A stretch of DNA of 64,000 bases from a virus: positions 42,180 to 106,179 of IMG/VR virus record IMGVR_UViG_3300027714_000001; one strand, given 5' to 3'. Every line of letters starts with the position of its first letter. Within the stretch, counting starts at the first letter, position 1. The notes beneath the pieces are model-generated. The model was not told the DNA's origin and ran no database searches. It was given only the letters and a program-made list of their open reading frames with translations. A program made the translations under genes and the position numbers. Shown piece after piece: positions 46,620 through 57,600 of the stretch.

Positions 46620-47813
46620 ATGAAATTATGGGATGAAATACTTGAAAAACTAAATCCTGTACAAGATGAAATGGCTCGTGATGAAGGAACAAGTAAAAGC
46701 ACTACGCAAACTAAGTTACATACGATACAAAACGCGTATGAACAGATTGAAGTAGTAAACAGAGCCGTTAACTTACTAGTTGACAATGCTGCTCTGATTG
46801 ACTATGACGTCGGAGCTAGCCTTAATTTTACTGGTGTAACAACTAAAGTAAGAGGACCTAGACTGGCAGACTTACTAAATAGTCGCCCTAATCCTTACAT
46901 GGACATTAGCAGTTTTAGGAGACTTGTATTAATGGATTTTCTGATAGACGGAAACGCATTTATACACTTTGATGGAACCTCATTTTATCACGTACCTGCA
47001 AAAAATATGGAAGTGCTTCCTAGTGACAAAGGCTTTATTGCTCAATATCTCTATAACGGAACTCATCCTTTTAAATCTAATGAAATAATTTTTATAAGAG
47101 ACAACAGTACAGAATCAGTATTCAGAGGAGACTCTAGAATAAAAAGTGCTGTAGCTTCGCTACTGACCAGAGAGTCTATGATTAACTTTCAAAAGAGTTT
47201 CTTTGACAATGGCGCATCTATAGGTCTTATAGTAGAAACAGAACAAATCCTAAGCAAGAAACTAAAGGAAAGGCAAGAAAGGGAATGGGTACAGAAGTAT
47301 AACCCGAAACGGGGGAATGGACGTCCTTTAATTTTAGATGCAGGACTTAAAGCTAAATCCTTAGCAAGTTCCGACTTTAGAGAAATGGCATTCACAGAGT
47401 CTATCACTAACTTGGAAGACAAGGTCTGCTACGCCCTAGGAATACCTCCTTTACTACTTAACTCTGGAAATAACGCTAACATAAAACCCAACCTAGAGTT
47501 AATGTTCTACACTACGGTTATTCCTATGCTGCGTAAGTTTGAGTCAGCATTAGAGATGTTTTTTGCGTATGATATAGAACTAACTACACATAGAGTGCCC
47601 GCACTACTGCCTGACCTAAAAGCACAAGCAGATAGAATTACCGCACTAGTTAATAATGGGATTATAACAGGAAACGAAGGACGTGGTATGATGCGACTTC
47701 CTGATATAGACGACCCTCTTATGAATAAAATACGCATACCCGCTAACGTCGCAGGATCCGCTTCAGGCGTATCTGGGCAAGAAGGTGGTGCGCCAACAGG
47801 AGAAGATACATAA
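46620..47813 (+). CDS. portal protein (HK97/T5 pb7-like)
   Basis: EKLNP.Q, LLNSRPNPY, DGNAF, FFDNGA and IRIPANVAGSA motifs. Confidence 0.92.
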   Translation: MKLWDEILEKLNPVQDEMARDEGTSKSTTQTKLHTIQNAYEQIEVVNRAVNLLVDNAALIDYDVGASLNFTGVTTKVRGPRLADLLNSRPNPYMDISSFRRLVLMDFLIDGNAFIHFDGTSFYHVPAKNMEVLPSDKGFIAQYLYNGTHPFKSNEIIFIRDNSTESVFRGDSRIKSAVASLLTRESMINFQKSFFDNGASIGLIVETEQILSKKLKERQEREWVQKYNPKRGNGRPLILDAGLKAKSLASSDFREMAFTESITNLEDKVCYALGIPPLLLNSGNNANIKPNLELMFYTTVIPMLRKFESALEMFFAYDIELTTHRVPALLPDLKAQADRITALVNNGIITGNEGRGMMRLPDIDDPLMNKIRIPANVAGSASGVSGQEGGAPTGEDT

Positions 47814-48061
47814 TGCAAAAGATTATAGAGCAAGTTTATGCAGTCTACGGTAATGAGTTACCTAGTAGAGTAGTATATAACGCTATGACTAATAAGCCCC
47901 TATCTGTTAGAAACATCATAAGAAAGTTTAAGAGATGGGAAAGATTTGAAGCAGCGTACAGAGAACATTGTATGGCTATTAGAAAATCAGAGGAAGCTGC
48001 TAAGGTAGTAACTAAACCTATTGTGGCTAAAGTAACTAAGCAGAAAAGTAATGAAATATAA
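47813..48061 (+). CDS. hypothetical protein
   Basis: Coupled to portal and protease genes. Confidence 0.65.
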   Translation: MQKIIEQVYAVYGNELPSRVVYNAMTNKPLSVRNIIRKFKRWERFEAAYREHCMAIRKSEEAAKVVTKPIVAKVTKQKSNEI

Positions 48062-50030
48062 TACTAAGTTATTAGCTAAATTACAAGTAGTTAAAGATCA
48101 TGAAGAAGATGAAGACGAGTTAGTTATCGAAGGATACGCTAATACCGTAACTAAAGATAGAGCAGGAGATGTTATACTACGCTCAGCGTGGGAAACAAAA
48201 ACCGCTATGTCTAACTTCTTAAAAAATCCTATTATACTAGGCTACCACGATCATTCAAACCCTATAGGGGTTATGTTAGGTTATGAAGTTGATGACCTAG
48301 GCCTTAAAATTAGGGCTAAGATTAGTAAGGGAGCAGGACGAGTATACGATCTAATAAAAGATAAGGTATTAACTACCTTTAGTGTTGGATTCAACATATT
48401 AGACGCAGAGTACGATGAAGTAAAAGACATATTCTTTATTAAGGATGTAGAACTACACGAAATATCTGTTGTATCGGTTCCTTGTAACCAAGACTCAACA
48501 TTTTCAGTAGCAAAAAGTATGGACGCTCAAGATTATGAGCAATTCAAAAAAATATTAGCGCCGGAATCAGGCGAAACAAAGGAAGAAAAAATGACACTCG
48601 AAGAAATTAAAGCATTGGCAGCCGAGCTAGCTAAAGCAAACACCCCAGTTAAAGCTGATCCCGTATTCGACGTAGTTGCAGAAGCTACTAAAGCAGCAGC
48701 AGCAGCTGTAGCACAAGCAGAAGCAGTTCGTGTAGCTAAAGAAGACGCAGCAGCAAAATCTGCTACAGACCTAGCTAACAGCAAAGCAGAAGCTAAAGCA
48801 AACGCTATGGAAGCAGCTAAAGATTTAGTTGCAGAATTAGAAACTAAGTTAAGCGCAAAAGATTCAGCATTTGCTGACCTTGTTAAAGCTAACAACGACC
48901 AGATCGTTTCTCTTAAAGAAGAAATTGCTCAAGTAGTTGCATCTCGCTCTAACAACGTAACAGCTATCGCAAAGGGCATTAACGGACCGTCGTATGACGC
49001 CAAAGCAATGGGCGATACTGCAGACAACCTAATGTTCTTAAGCACAATTAAGAAAGTAGATATGTTTGATACCGAATATGGTAAGAGCATCAAAGCTATC
49101 AACCAATCTTCTAGCATTGAAGTATCTGGTGAAGGTTATGAGACTACTTTCTCTACTAACTTATATCGTGACATTCAGGCATTGTTAGTTGTTGCACCCT
49201 TATTCAATGAAATGAATATGACTTCTGCACAAATGACATTCCCAATCAATCCAAATCGTAGCACAGCTACTTGGATTTCTGCAAGTAACATGGCAGACAA
49301 CACAGCTAAAGCCCGTACAGGTGAAGCATTAACTGTTGCGCTTACTGAGATTACACTTAAGACCTTTAAGCTAGCTGCTAAAGTATACTTAACTGAAGAA
49401 ACTCAAGAAGATGCTATCATGGCTCTTGTACCTATTTTACGTCAACACCTAGTAGAAGCTCATGCAGCATCAATCGACGCAGCATTCCTAGTTGGTGACG
49501 GCGCAAACAAGCCAAAAGGTCTTGTTACACAAGCCAAAGCAGCAGGCGGATTACAGTCTCTAGCGACAGCAGCAAACACTACTAACGTATTAGTAACTGC
49601 AGCAGGTATCTTAGAAGCTCGTAGAGGTTTAGGTCTATACGGAATTAACCTTTCAGAACTTTATGTTGTTATTTCACAAGACGCTTACTGGGATCTTATC
49701 CAAGATGCAGATTGGGCTGACGTACAGCAAGTTGGCGTTTCTAACGCAACTAAGCTAGTTGGTGAAGTAGGTAACATTTACGGAATGAGAGTTCTAGTAT
49801 CTAGCGGTTTTGCTGATAAAACATCTGGCGGAACTTACGCAATCCTACTTAACTCAAGCAACTTCGTTGTTCCACGTCAACGTGGCGTAACAGTACGTAG
49901 TGACTTTGAAGTAGAGCTAGACCGTACAGTATTCGTTGCAACACAGCGTCTAAACTTACAACCTTGGATCGAAGAAACTGCAGGCAGTGGTAACGGTAAA
50001 GGTGTAGTAGCAGTTAACTACGCAACATAA
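48051..50030 (+). CDS. prohead protease fused to delta domain and major capsid protein
   Basis: IEGYAN..KDRAGD, HDH, FSVGF, HEISVVSVPCNQDS, then Ala-rich coiled coil and KAINQSSS.EVS..YET.FS capsid start. Confidence 0.9.
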   Translation: MKYNTKLLAKLQVVKDHEEDEDELVIEGYANTVTKDRAGDVILRSAWETKTAMSNFLKNPIILGYHDHSNPIGVMLGYEVDDLGLKIRAKISKGAGRVYDLIKDKVLTTFSVGFNILDAEYDEVKDIFFIKDVELHEISVVSVPCNQDSTFSVAKSMDAQDYEQFKKILAPESGETKEEKMTLEEIKALAAELAKANTPVKADPVFDVVAEATKAAAAAVAQAEAVRVAKEDAAAKSATDLANSKAEAKANAMEAAKDLVAELETKLSAKDSAFADLVKANNDQIVSLKEEIAQVVASRSNNVTAIAKGINGPSYDAKAMGDTADNLMFLSTIKKVDMFDTEYGKSIKAINQSSSIEVSGEGYETTFSTNLYRDIQALLVVAPLFNEMNMTSAQMTFPINPNRSTATWISASNMADNTAKARTGEALTVALTEITLKTFKLAAKVYLTEETQEDAIMALVPILRQHLVEAHAASIDAAFLVGDGANKPKGLVTQAKAAGGLQSLATAANTTNVLVTAAGILEARRGLGLYGINLSELYVVISQDAYWDLIQDADWADVQQVGVSNATKLVGEVGNIYGMRVLVSSGFADKTSGGTYAILLNSSNFVVPRQRGVTVRSDFEVELDRTVFVATQRLNLQPWIEETAGSGNGKGVVAVNYAT

Positions 50031-50043
50031 TATAGCATAATAA

Positions 50044-50075
50044 AAAGCCCTTCCCTTTTAGGGCGGGGCTTTTTT
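50044..50075 (+). terminator. rho-independent terminator after the capsid gene
   Basis: AAAAGCCC...GGGCTTTT followed by a T-run. Confidence 0.8.
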
Positions 50076-50091
50076 GTATAAGGAGAAATAA

Positions 50092-50613
50092 ATGGCGTTA
50101 ATTACTTTAGAAGGCTACAAAAGTTATAAAGATATAAAAAGCCCAAATAGTGACGCAGCCTTAGAACCTATAGTTGATTTTGTAAACACCTTTGTAGAGA
50201 CTTATTGTAACATAAAATTTAGTGTAGTTAATGTTGTAAACAAAAAACTAACTTGCTACGATGGACTAGAGATACTACTGCCTACGCCAGGGATAACCTC
50301 TTTAGATAGGATTTCTGTTTTAGGAGAAGACATATCTGCGGCAGATTATGAAGTAGACTTAGACATTGGCCTAGTAGAAGCTGTAGGCAGATTTCCTATG
50401 GGACGTAACAATATAGAGGTAGACTACACTTACGGGTATGAAAATTCGCCTGCGGACTTGGTAATTTCAGCTTATGAGCTTGTATCTTATTTTAAGAAAG
50501 GTAACTTTAGCACCTCAAAAACCTATAGTAACGGAGAGAGCAGTACTAGTGCAGAGCCTACGTTAATACCCCCACAAATACGTTTAATGCTAGATTTATA
50601 TAAGGTCTTATAA
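50092..50613 (+). CDS. head completion protein (T5 p144-like)
   Basis: Synteny; Y..GY...PADL and IP..I...LDLY motifs. Confidence 0.8.
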   Translation: MALITLEGYKSYKDIKSPNSDAALEPIVDFVNTFVETYCNIKFSVVNVVNKKLTCYDGLEILLPTPGITSLDRISVLGEDISAADYEVDLDIGLVEAVGRFPMGRNNIEVDYTYGYENSPADLVISAYELVSYFKKGNFSTSKTYSNGESSTSAEPTLIPPQIRLMLDLYKVL

Positions 50614-51269
50614 TGGATTTTAAAACAATACTAGAACAAGCACTAGTAAACGTACAGGGAATAAAATTAGCTGCGGATGTACAAACAGACCTAACTCAAA
50701 AAGGTGGAAGTCTGTTTGGATCTTTTAAAGTTCGTATGGAAAAGGAAGGAGAATTAGCCGAAGGAGTAGAAAAAGCAGCATTTGATGCAGCAGTATTACG
50801 GCTAGAAGGACTATTAGACGCAAAACTTCTAGAAGATCCTTTAGGCAATAAGTTCTTTTCGGGCAATAAAAAGATAAAGAAAGCAACAAAGTCTAAAGTA
50901 CCTGTAAAACCTTTTGGGCTAAGAGACAGAGGAGGAAGAATGCTCTCCGAGCAATCTCTAGTAAGAATACTTAATGTTAGACTTTTTGAACAGATAAAAG
51001 AAAGGATGGACGCTCCTGCTCTAGTATTTAGGACTGGAAGATTTGCTAGCAGCGCCAAAGTATCTAGTTTTACTTTGTCGGATAATAGAAATCCTGCAAC
51101 CGCCTCTGTTTTCTTTAACTACATGCTTTATCCTTATCAAGTATTTGAGAAGCATCCAACAAGAGATCCTCGTATTATAATTAAAAATGCACTACTAGCA
51201 ACTTTGGAAAACTCTTTAAATGACGCTTCGTTTCAACAAACCATATTTAATATAGGAGGTCCTGCATGA
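50613..51269 (+). CDS. tail completion protein (p143-like)
   Basis: L.FRTGRFASS, YM..PYQVF and RDPR motifs. Confidence 0.8.
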   Translation: MDFKTILEQALVNVQGIKLAADVQTDLTQKGGSLFGSFKVRMEKEGELAEGVEKAAFDAAVLRLEGLLDAKLLEDPLGNKFFSGNKKIKKATKSKVPVKPFGLRDRGGRMLSEQSLVRILNVRLFEQIKERMDAPALVFRTGRFASSAKVSSFTLSDNRNPATASVFFNYMLYPYQVFEKHPTRDPRIIIKNALLATLENSLNDASFQQTIFNIGGPA

Positions 51270-51739
51270 GCGCAAGGTCTGGAATAGTAAAAGCAATATC
51301 TGAGAAAATAGCAGAGTTATTTATAGGGGACGGAGACTACATGAGTAACCTACACGGTAATGTTAGTAATAGGGTAAAACATTTTAGTGATGTAGAAGAC
51401 TTTCCCTTTATTAGTGTAACCCCTGGAGCGGAGATTAGAGAGGATTTACCTTCTGACTTTACTTGGGCTACTTTAACCGTCAACATAACACTATATGTTA
51501 AATCAGAAGAAAACTCACAGGAAGAATTAGAATCCTTAATAACGGATGTAGAAAATTTCCTTGACACACATTTACAATTACCGTATAATGTAAATACATC
51601 GGAAGGAGTAATTACTTCTAAAATCACAAATAGCACACTAGTTTCCATAAATACGGATGAAGGGATTCTTGATCCAATGGCACTAGGCCAATTAGTAGTA
51701 AACGTACAGTACGAGAAAGTACGCCGAACCAGAACATAA
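51266..51739 (+). CDS. tail terminator (p142-like)
   Basis: NL.GNVS, DFP and LPS, TDEG.L.P motifs. Confidence 0.8.
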   Translation: MSARSGIVKAISEKIAELFIGDGDYMSNLHGNVSNRVKHFSDVEDFPFISVTPGAEIREDLPSDFTWATLTVNITLYVKSEENSQEELESLITDVENFLDTHLQLPYNVNTSEGVITSKITNSTLVSINTDEGILDPMALGQLVVNVQYEKVRRTRT

Positions 51740-51756
51740 TTTAGGAGAATTATAAA

Positions 51757-52911
51757 ATGTCGATTAATTTATCACGTAATACCAGACTTTGGATTAGTAC
51801 AATAGATAAGGACGGTACACACACCGCTGCCAACACTTTTGAACTACCTGTACAAGAAGGGTATTCACTATCACAATCAGTTTCCACTGTAGACGTATCT
51901 GTTGAAGAAGCAGGCGTAGCACCTATACGTGGAAGTAAAAGATTTAACTCTGCACTGGACCCAGTAGACTGGAGCATTGCAACATACATTACGCCGTACC
52001 TCGACAGTAGCGATCACTTTACAGTAGATATGCTATTATGGCACGCACTAGCAAGCTCTAGAGATAACGAGCCAGACTTTGATAACACTGGAGGAGACTC
52101 TAAAGTTAAAGGAGATGCTGATAGCTTTACTGTAGATTTTAGTAACAACGCTGCTCACGTACTTACAGAGCTTTACTTATACTTTAAAATAGATAATCAG
52201 TTCTACTACATAAACAAATGTCAAGTTAGTCAAGCAGAAATCTCTATTGATATAACAGACATTGCTATGGTTAGTTGGTCTGGTCAAGGATTAAGCTACG
52301 CACCTATTAGTAACCCTAGCTTCTTTACTACGGGAACTGCCGCAGTCTACGACAGTGGTTCAGTAGACTCTGGGTACGTAAAAATACCTACTAACAAAGA
52401 TTACTTAGTAAATAAGCTTACTATTATGACAATGAAAGCTGATGTTGCTCCAGGGGGTTCTTCAAATAATTCGTATAACATACCTATTACTAGTGGAAGC
52501 ATTACTATCAACAACAACATTACCTACTTAACTCCAAATACACTAGCAGAAGTAGATTCCCCAATTGGTTCTTTTGCAGGTTCTTTTGAAGTTACGGGCA
52601 CTATTGAAGCATACCTTAAAGGTGTTACTGGGGGTAACGGAAACACTACCCCCTACGGAACAGCTGACTTACTAGATCATATGCTTGCAGATGTACAGGG
52701 TTCTGTTACTAACGCAGCAGAAATTGTATTTAAAGTTGGCGGAGCAACAGGCGCAAGAGCAGAATTTACTATACCTCTAGCTCACTTGTCTGTACCTGAT
52801 ATTTCTGTAGATGATGTAGTATCTACCTCTATTGAGTTTAAGGGCATGCCTAGTTCTGCTGACTTAGCTAGTGGTACTGAAATTTCTGTAATGATGAAAG
52901 CTAAGGCTTAA
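51757..52911 (+). CDS. major tail tube protein (pb6-like)
   Basis: L.RNTRLWIST, RGSKRFN..L, NNNITYLTPN and PIGSF motifs. Confidence 0.9.
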   Translation: MSINLSRNTRLWISTIDKDGTHTAANTFELPVQEGYSLSQSVSTVDVSVEEAGVAPIRGSKRFNSALDPVDWSIATYITPYLDSSDHFTVDMLLWHALASSRDNEPDFDNTGGDSKVKGDADSFTVDFSNNAAHVLTELYLYFKIDNQFYYINKCQVSQAEISIDITDIAMVSWSGQGLSYAPISNPSFFTTGTAAVYDSGSVDSGYVKIPTNKDYLVNKLTIMTMKADVAPGGSSNNSYNIPITSGSITINNNITYLTPNTLAEVDSPIGSFAGSFEVTGTIEAYLKGVTGGNGNTTPYGTADLLDHMLADVQGSVTNAAEIVFKVGGATGARAEFTIPLAHLSVPDISVDDVVSTSIEFKGMPSSADLASGTEISVMMKAKA

Positions 52912-52917
52912 TAACTT

Positions 52918-53790
52918 ATGGGTATAGTCTTTAAACAAGGTTCTGTACTCTATATCGCAACGGATACCCACAAGTACAAGCTGCTTGTGGGAGAAGTTAG
53001 TGCTTCTCAGACATTTATAGGGAACACTCAAAGAGTAAAGACCATACAAAACACTGAGTTAGTAGACAGAACTTTTGTTAATGAAAAAGGTGCTGCTTCT
53101 CTTAATTTTACTTCGTATATAGGAAGACAATCTCCAGACACAGAGATAGTAAAATGGTTTGATATGCCAAAAATATCTGATAACAAATACCTTGTGTCTA
53201 CTAGTTTAACTATTCCTAGTAAAAGAAACATATACATAAAACATGGAAGCACTATATATAAGCTACCTGATATGTGTGGTACTAATTTATCTTTTGTACT
53301 ATCACACACAGAAGTACTTGCTGTTAGAGTAACATGTACTGGACCAGACCTAATTGACATTAGTGAAAATGAATCTGAGGTAGCTGACTTTAATGGATTG
53401 ATTGAAAATATTCAAGACCCTCAAGATTTTTCTACAAATAGTGTTAGGGTTACAAACTATAGTAATATTTTAGGATTGTCGCTAGAGCTTACTAGAGAAA
53501 TAAGTTGGCTAAAGCAAAAGTCTATGTTTGACTTAGGATCTATATATAAGGTAACAAACCCTATAATAACCTCTATGTCAATATCAGGCGCAATAACACA
53601 AACAAAATTAAATAATAATAATAATCAATACACCCCAAGCTCAGACGTACAAATAAAATATGGAGACACTTTTAAGGTAAACTTAAATGGGTGTAGCCTA
53701 ACAGAGCGATTTGACTTAGGAAACTTTCACAGAGTTGTAACAGATTACGCACTACTGCCTAATACTGACAACTCATACATACAATTCTAG
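52918..53790 (+). CDS. baseplate tube/minor tail protein (p140-like)
   Basis: Synteny; SQTF...VKTI motif. Confidence 0.7.
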   Translation: MGIVFKQGSVLYIATDTHKYKLLVGEVSASQTFIGNTQRVKTIQNTELVDRTFVNEKGAASLNFTSYIGRQSPDTEIVKWFDMPKISDNKYLVSTSLTIPSKRNIYIKHGSTIYKLPDMCGTNLSFVLSHTEVLAVRVTCTGPDLIDISENESEVADFNGLIENIQDPQDFSTNSVRVTNYSNILGLSLELTREISWLKQKSMFDLGSIYKVTNPIITSMSISGAITQTKLNNNNNQYTPSSDVQIKYGDTFKVNLNGCSLTERFDLGNFHRVVTDYALLPNTDNSYIQF

Positions 53791-53803
53791 AGGAAACAGA
53801 ATT

Positions 53804-54208
53804 ATGAACTTAAAAGATATAATCTTAGAAACAAAAACAGTAAAAATACCCTTTGAAGGACTAGAAGGTTTTGAATTAGAAGTAGCAGCAGTATCCAGAG
53901 AGCTATCTAGAAAGATTAGATCAGACTCTGAGGTAACAAAAATTGACCCTAAGCTAAGAATGCCTACATTAGAGCTTGACCAAGATTTGTTTGTTCAGAA
54001 GTTTGCAGAAGCTGCTATTAAAGGGTGGACAGGACTTAAGTATAAATACTTAAATGAACTACTACTAGTAGACATGGGTAAGATAGAAGACCCAGAAGCT
54101 GAAGTAGAGTTTAACATGGAAAACGTAGTAGAGCTTATTAAGCACTCGCAAATATTTGACCAATGGGTGAATGAGCAGGTCTTTAGTCTTCACCGATTTC
54201 GAGACTAA
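53804..54208 (+). CDS. tail assembly chaperone (p139-like)
   Basis: MNLKDIILETK, IKGWTGL and FDQWVNE.VF.L..FR motifs. Confidence 0.8.
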   Translation: MNLKDIILETKTVKIPFEGLEGFELEVAAVSRELSRKIRSDSEVTKIDPKLRMPTLELDQDLFVQKFAEAAIKGWTGLKYKYLNELLLVDMGKIEDPEAEVEFNMENVVELIKHSQIFDQWVNEQVFSLHRFRD

Positions 54209-54593
54209 CCGAGCAGAAGCTACAATAGATTTTCTAAAACAGTATTTAGATAACGCTAGAATAGGCATTACTCCTGAAACGTATCTTAGGATGGAAGAAG
54301 AAATGGGCAGGGAGCCCGACTACTCTAATATACCCCCCGACTATGACAGTTTTCCTTCGTATGTTCATGTTGCAATAGATATTTTTAATTCTTTGCCCGA
54401 CATGTACAGTGGAGGAATGTCCAGCATATATGCTGGAAAGAATTACTCGTCCTTAGAAATCATCTTCTCTATGTACCTAGTAGATACAGAAGATAGAATG
54501 AAAGTATTTACAGTTCTACAATTCCTAGATTCTAGAGCTAAAACTTCAGCTATAAAAGAAGCAAACAAAGCAGCGAAAGGGGCGAAAAAGTAA
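54171..54593 (+). CDS. tail assembly chaperone C-terminal extension (p138-like)
   Basis: Overlapping +1 frame before the tape measure gene; YL.M.E.MG.EP and GK motifs. Confidence 0.7.
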   Translation: MSRSLVFTDFETNRAEATIDFLKQYLDNARIGITPETYLRMEEEMGREPDYSNIPPDYDSFPSYVHVAIDIFNSLPDMYSGGMSSIYAGKNYSSLEIIFSMYLVDTEDRMKVFTVLQFLDSRAKTSAIKEANKAAKGAKK

Positions 54594-54684
54594 AGAATCC
54601 TCTAGGATAGAGCTTAGGCTCTAGACAGTCCCTTTATTAATTTTAATAAAGGGATTTTTTTATGTTCGTAAAGGAGAGAATATA

Positions 54685-57600
54685 ATGGCAAGAAGACAAC
54701 AAATTAGAGAAGTTATAATAAGAAGTAGAACAGAAGGAGCAGACGCTTCAAGAGCTGACCTTAATAATGTTAGGGAAGCACTTGAAGGTGTAAACAAAGA
54801 AATAGATATATTTGTAGAGAAAGGTAGAGTGCTAAATACTACTTTAACCAACCTAGCTACTATGTCAGGTAGGGCAGCTACACTAGGTACAAGTTTAACT
54901 ACTGTGGGAACAGCATTAAAATCTATAAATAGTGCTACCGCAGGAACAGCAGTACAGACTGCTAAGTTAGACGGATACATTACTAACTTAGAAATTTTAG
55001 GTTCTGTACTAAGAGATCTATCAAGAGACGCAGAAAGAGCTGAAGGGGCCCTAGACGGTATTAATGCTAGCGCAGGTATGAGAAGTTTAGTAGAAATTCT
55101 AGAACAAATAGCTACTAATACCGCAGCTATTGGCAGAAGGGCAGGAAGAACAGCGGCGTATCTTACTGACGTAGAACTAGCACTTACTCGGGCAGCCGAA
55201 GAAGCAGAAGACTTTAATAGAGAAATGCTTCAAGCTACCCGAACTACTAGTGGACTTGCAGCTTCTACCGAAGGATTAACTAACGCACAAAGAAGGCTAG
55301 GAGAAGGTGGGCGAGGAGCTGCCAGAAGTTTTAGCCAACTAGCTTTTGGGGCAAACCCGCTAGTAAGCGCTTACGCGTCTATAGCAGTTAACATATTTGC
55401 TGTTACAGCAGCATTTAGGTTGTTAAATGAAGCGGCATCTTTTGATCGACTACAGACTCAACTAACTAACTTTTCTTCTGAAGTATCTGGATTAGACGTT
55501 TCTAATTTAGCTACTCAATTAGAGAGAGCCTCTACAGGCGCACTATCTTTAAAAGAAAGTTTACAGTTTGCGACAAAAGGTGTAGCATTTAACTTTACAA
55601 CTAAGCAGTTAGAAGATTTAACTAAAGGAGCTAGAAAAGCATCTATTGCATTAGGCAGAGACTTTAATGATTCTATGGACAGAGTATTAAGAGGTATATC
55701 TAAGCAAGAAATAGAACTATTTGACGAATTAGGTATTGTTACTCGACTAACTCCTGCCTTTAAAGACTACGCTACCGAAGTAGGTAAGACAGTAGATGAG
55801 TTAACGGACTACGAAAGACAGCTAGCGTTGACTATTGAAGTTCAGTCTCAGTTAGACGAAAGATTTAGCGGTATTGATGCAGGAGCTACGGCTTTTGAAA
55901 CATTAGCTGTCAATACTAAGAACGCAACTGATAGCTTACTTGTATTTTTAAGTCAAGCTTTAACTCCTGTTATAGAACAACTTAATAACTTATCTGACAC
56001 TACGGTATCTCTTTCAGAACTGGCTAGTGTATTAGAAACAACTAGCACTCAAGCTGATATATTTATTAAAGCGTTTGAAAAAGGTAATTTAGAAGAAGCT
56101 GTAACATCTACAGGAGCACTTACAGGCAGAGTAGAAGACTTGAACAAGAGACTAAAAGAGTCTAAAGATAGAGCTTCAGAAATAACAATAGGAAGCACTT
56201 TGTTCAGTAAATCTCTAGATTTAGTAGGGCAGACTGCTCTAGTTGTTTTTGCAGACCTTACAGGACTTAGTTTTCTAGATAGGGATGGAGAAATTGAAAA
56301 AACTATTAGCACTATTACTAGTGGTAGTCAGAGAGTAAAAAATGAGCTAGAATTACAGGCAAAAATAGAGAGAGAAATAATAAAGCTTAATAAAGAGAAA
56401 GTTAAGCAAATAGGACACCTAGTAGACAAGTACAGCCTACTCCCTGGAGATGTAACTCCTGAACTTGGTAGCTCTTTTTCTTCTTTCTCGGATGGTCTTG
56501 ATGAGTCTACAAAAATAGTAGACGTATTTATAACAAAAAACACAGAAGCTCTGGGACCTCTTACTGCTTTGAGTAAGACCTTTTCTTCTATGGAGAACAT
56601 GGACTCAGCTTTAGATCCACTAAAAACTGCCGCTATACTATTACAGAGTAAGGCATTTAAGGGGCTAGAAAAGTCTTTAGAACTTGGAGATTCTATAGAT
56701 AATTTAGGTAAACTAATAGATAAAACTGATGAATTAAATCATATACTAGCAACTTTAGGACAAACAGAAGCATTAGAAAATGTTGCGACAGGTCGTAAGG
56801 GCGAAGCAGAGGAAGAAATAAACAACAAGATAACTCGTAGATTAGATATTCAGTCTAGGATGAACGCTTTAGGTAATGTTACTTCTGTAAAAGACAAGCA
56901 GAAAATAAAAGATGAGATAGAAATTCTAAAGGCTAAAAGAGATCAATTAGTTGTAGATAACAAGTTAAAAGACGCTCTACTGGAATCTTCTACTAATACA
57001 ACTATAGCCTTACAAAACCTAGCCCTAACTGTCTCATTTGAAAGTGAGAAAGTAGAACTCAAATTATATGAGCTACAACTACAAATATTACTTACTAGTT
57101 TAGCTAAAAAAGATACAACTGAATTACAAGCTCAACTAACAATAATGGAAAGTAAGTTAGCAGTACAAAAAAACATAGAGGCATCTCAGTTAGCAGCCAA
57201 CCAAAGAGAAAATGATAGAGAAAATCTGATAACAAGTAAAAACACTAATGGGTCTGCTGTGGCTGATGCCGCTTCTGATAGAAAACTATTAGAAAATAGA
57301 AAAGCAGGGTTAGATGATATAGAAGATGCTGTGGCGTTAGATAAAGAAAAATTAGCTATAGCACGAGAAGAAGCAGCATTAAAAAGAAGTGAGGCTTCTG
57401 CGCCCTTCAAGGATACCTCAAGCACTATGGGCTCTATAGGTCAACTAGACGGACTAGACGGGATTACAAAAACTGCTCTAGGTACGGGTCAACTCATAAC
57501 TGACACTTTTGCTTCCGCAGCAGACGCAGGTAAAGAAGGATTTAGTGGATTTGCGGAATACCTGCAAGGTAATATGGAAGCATTTAATGACTTTAGTATA

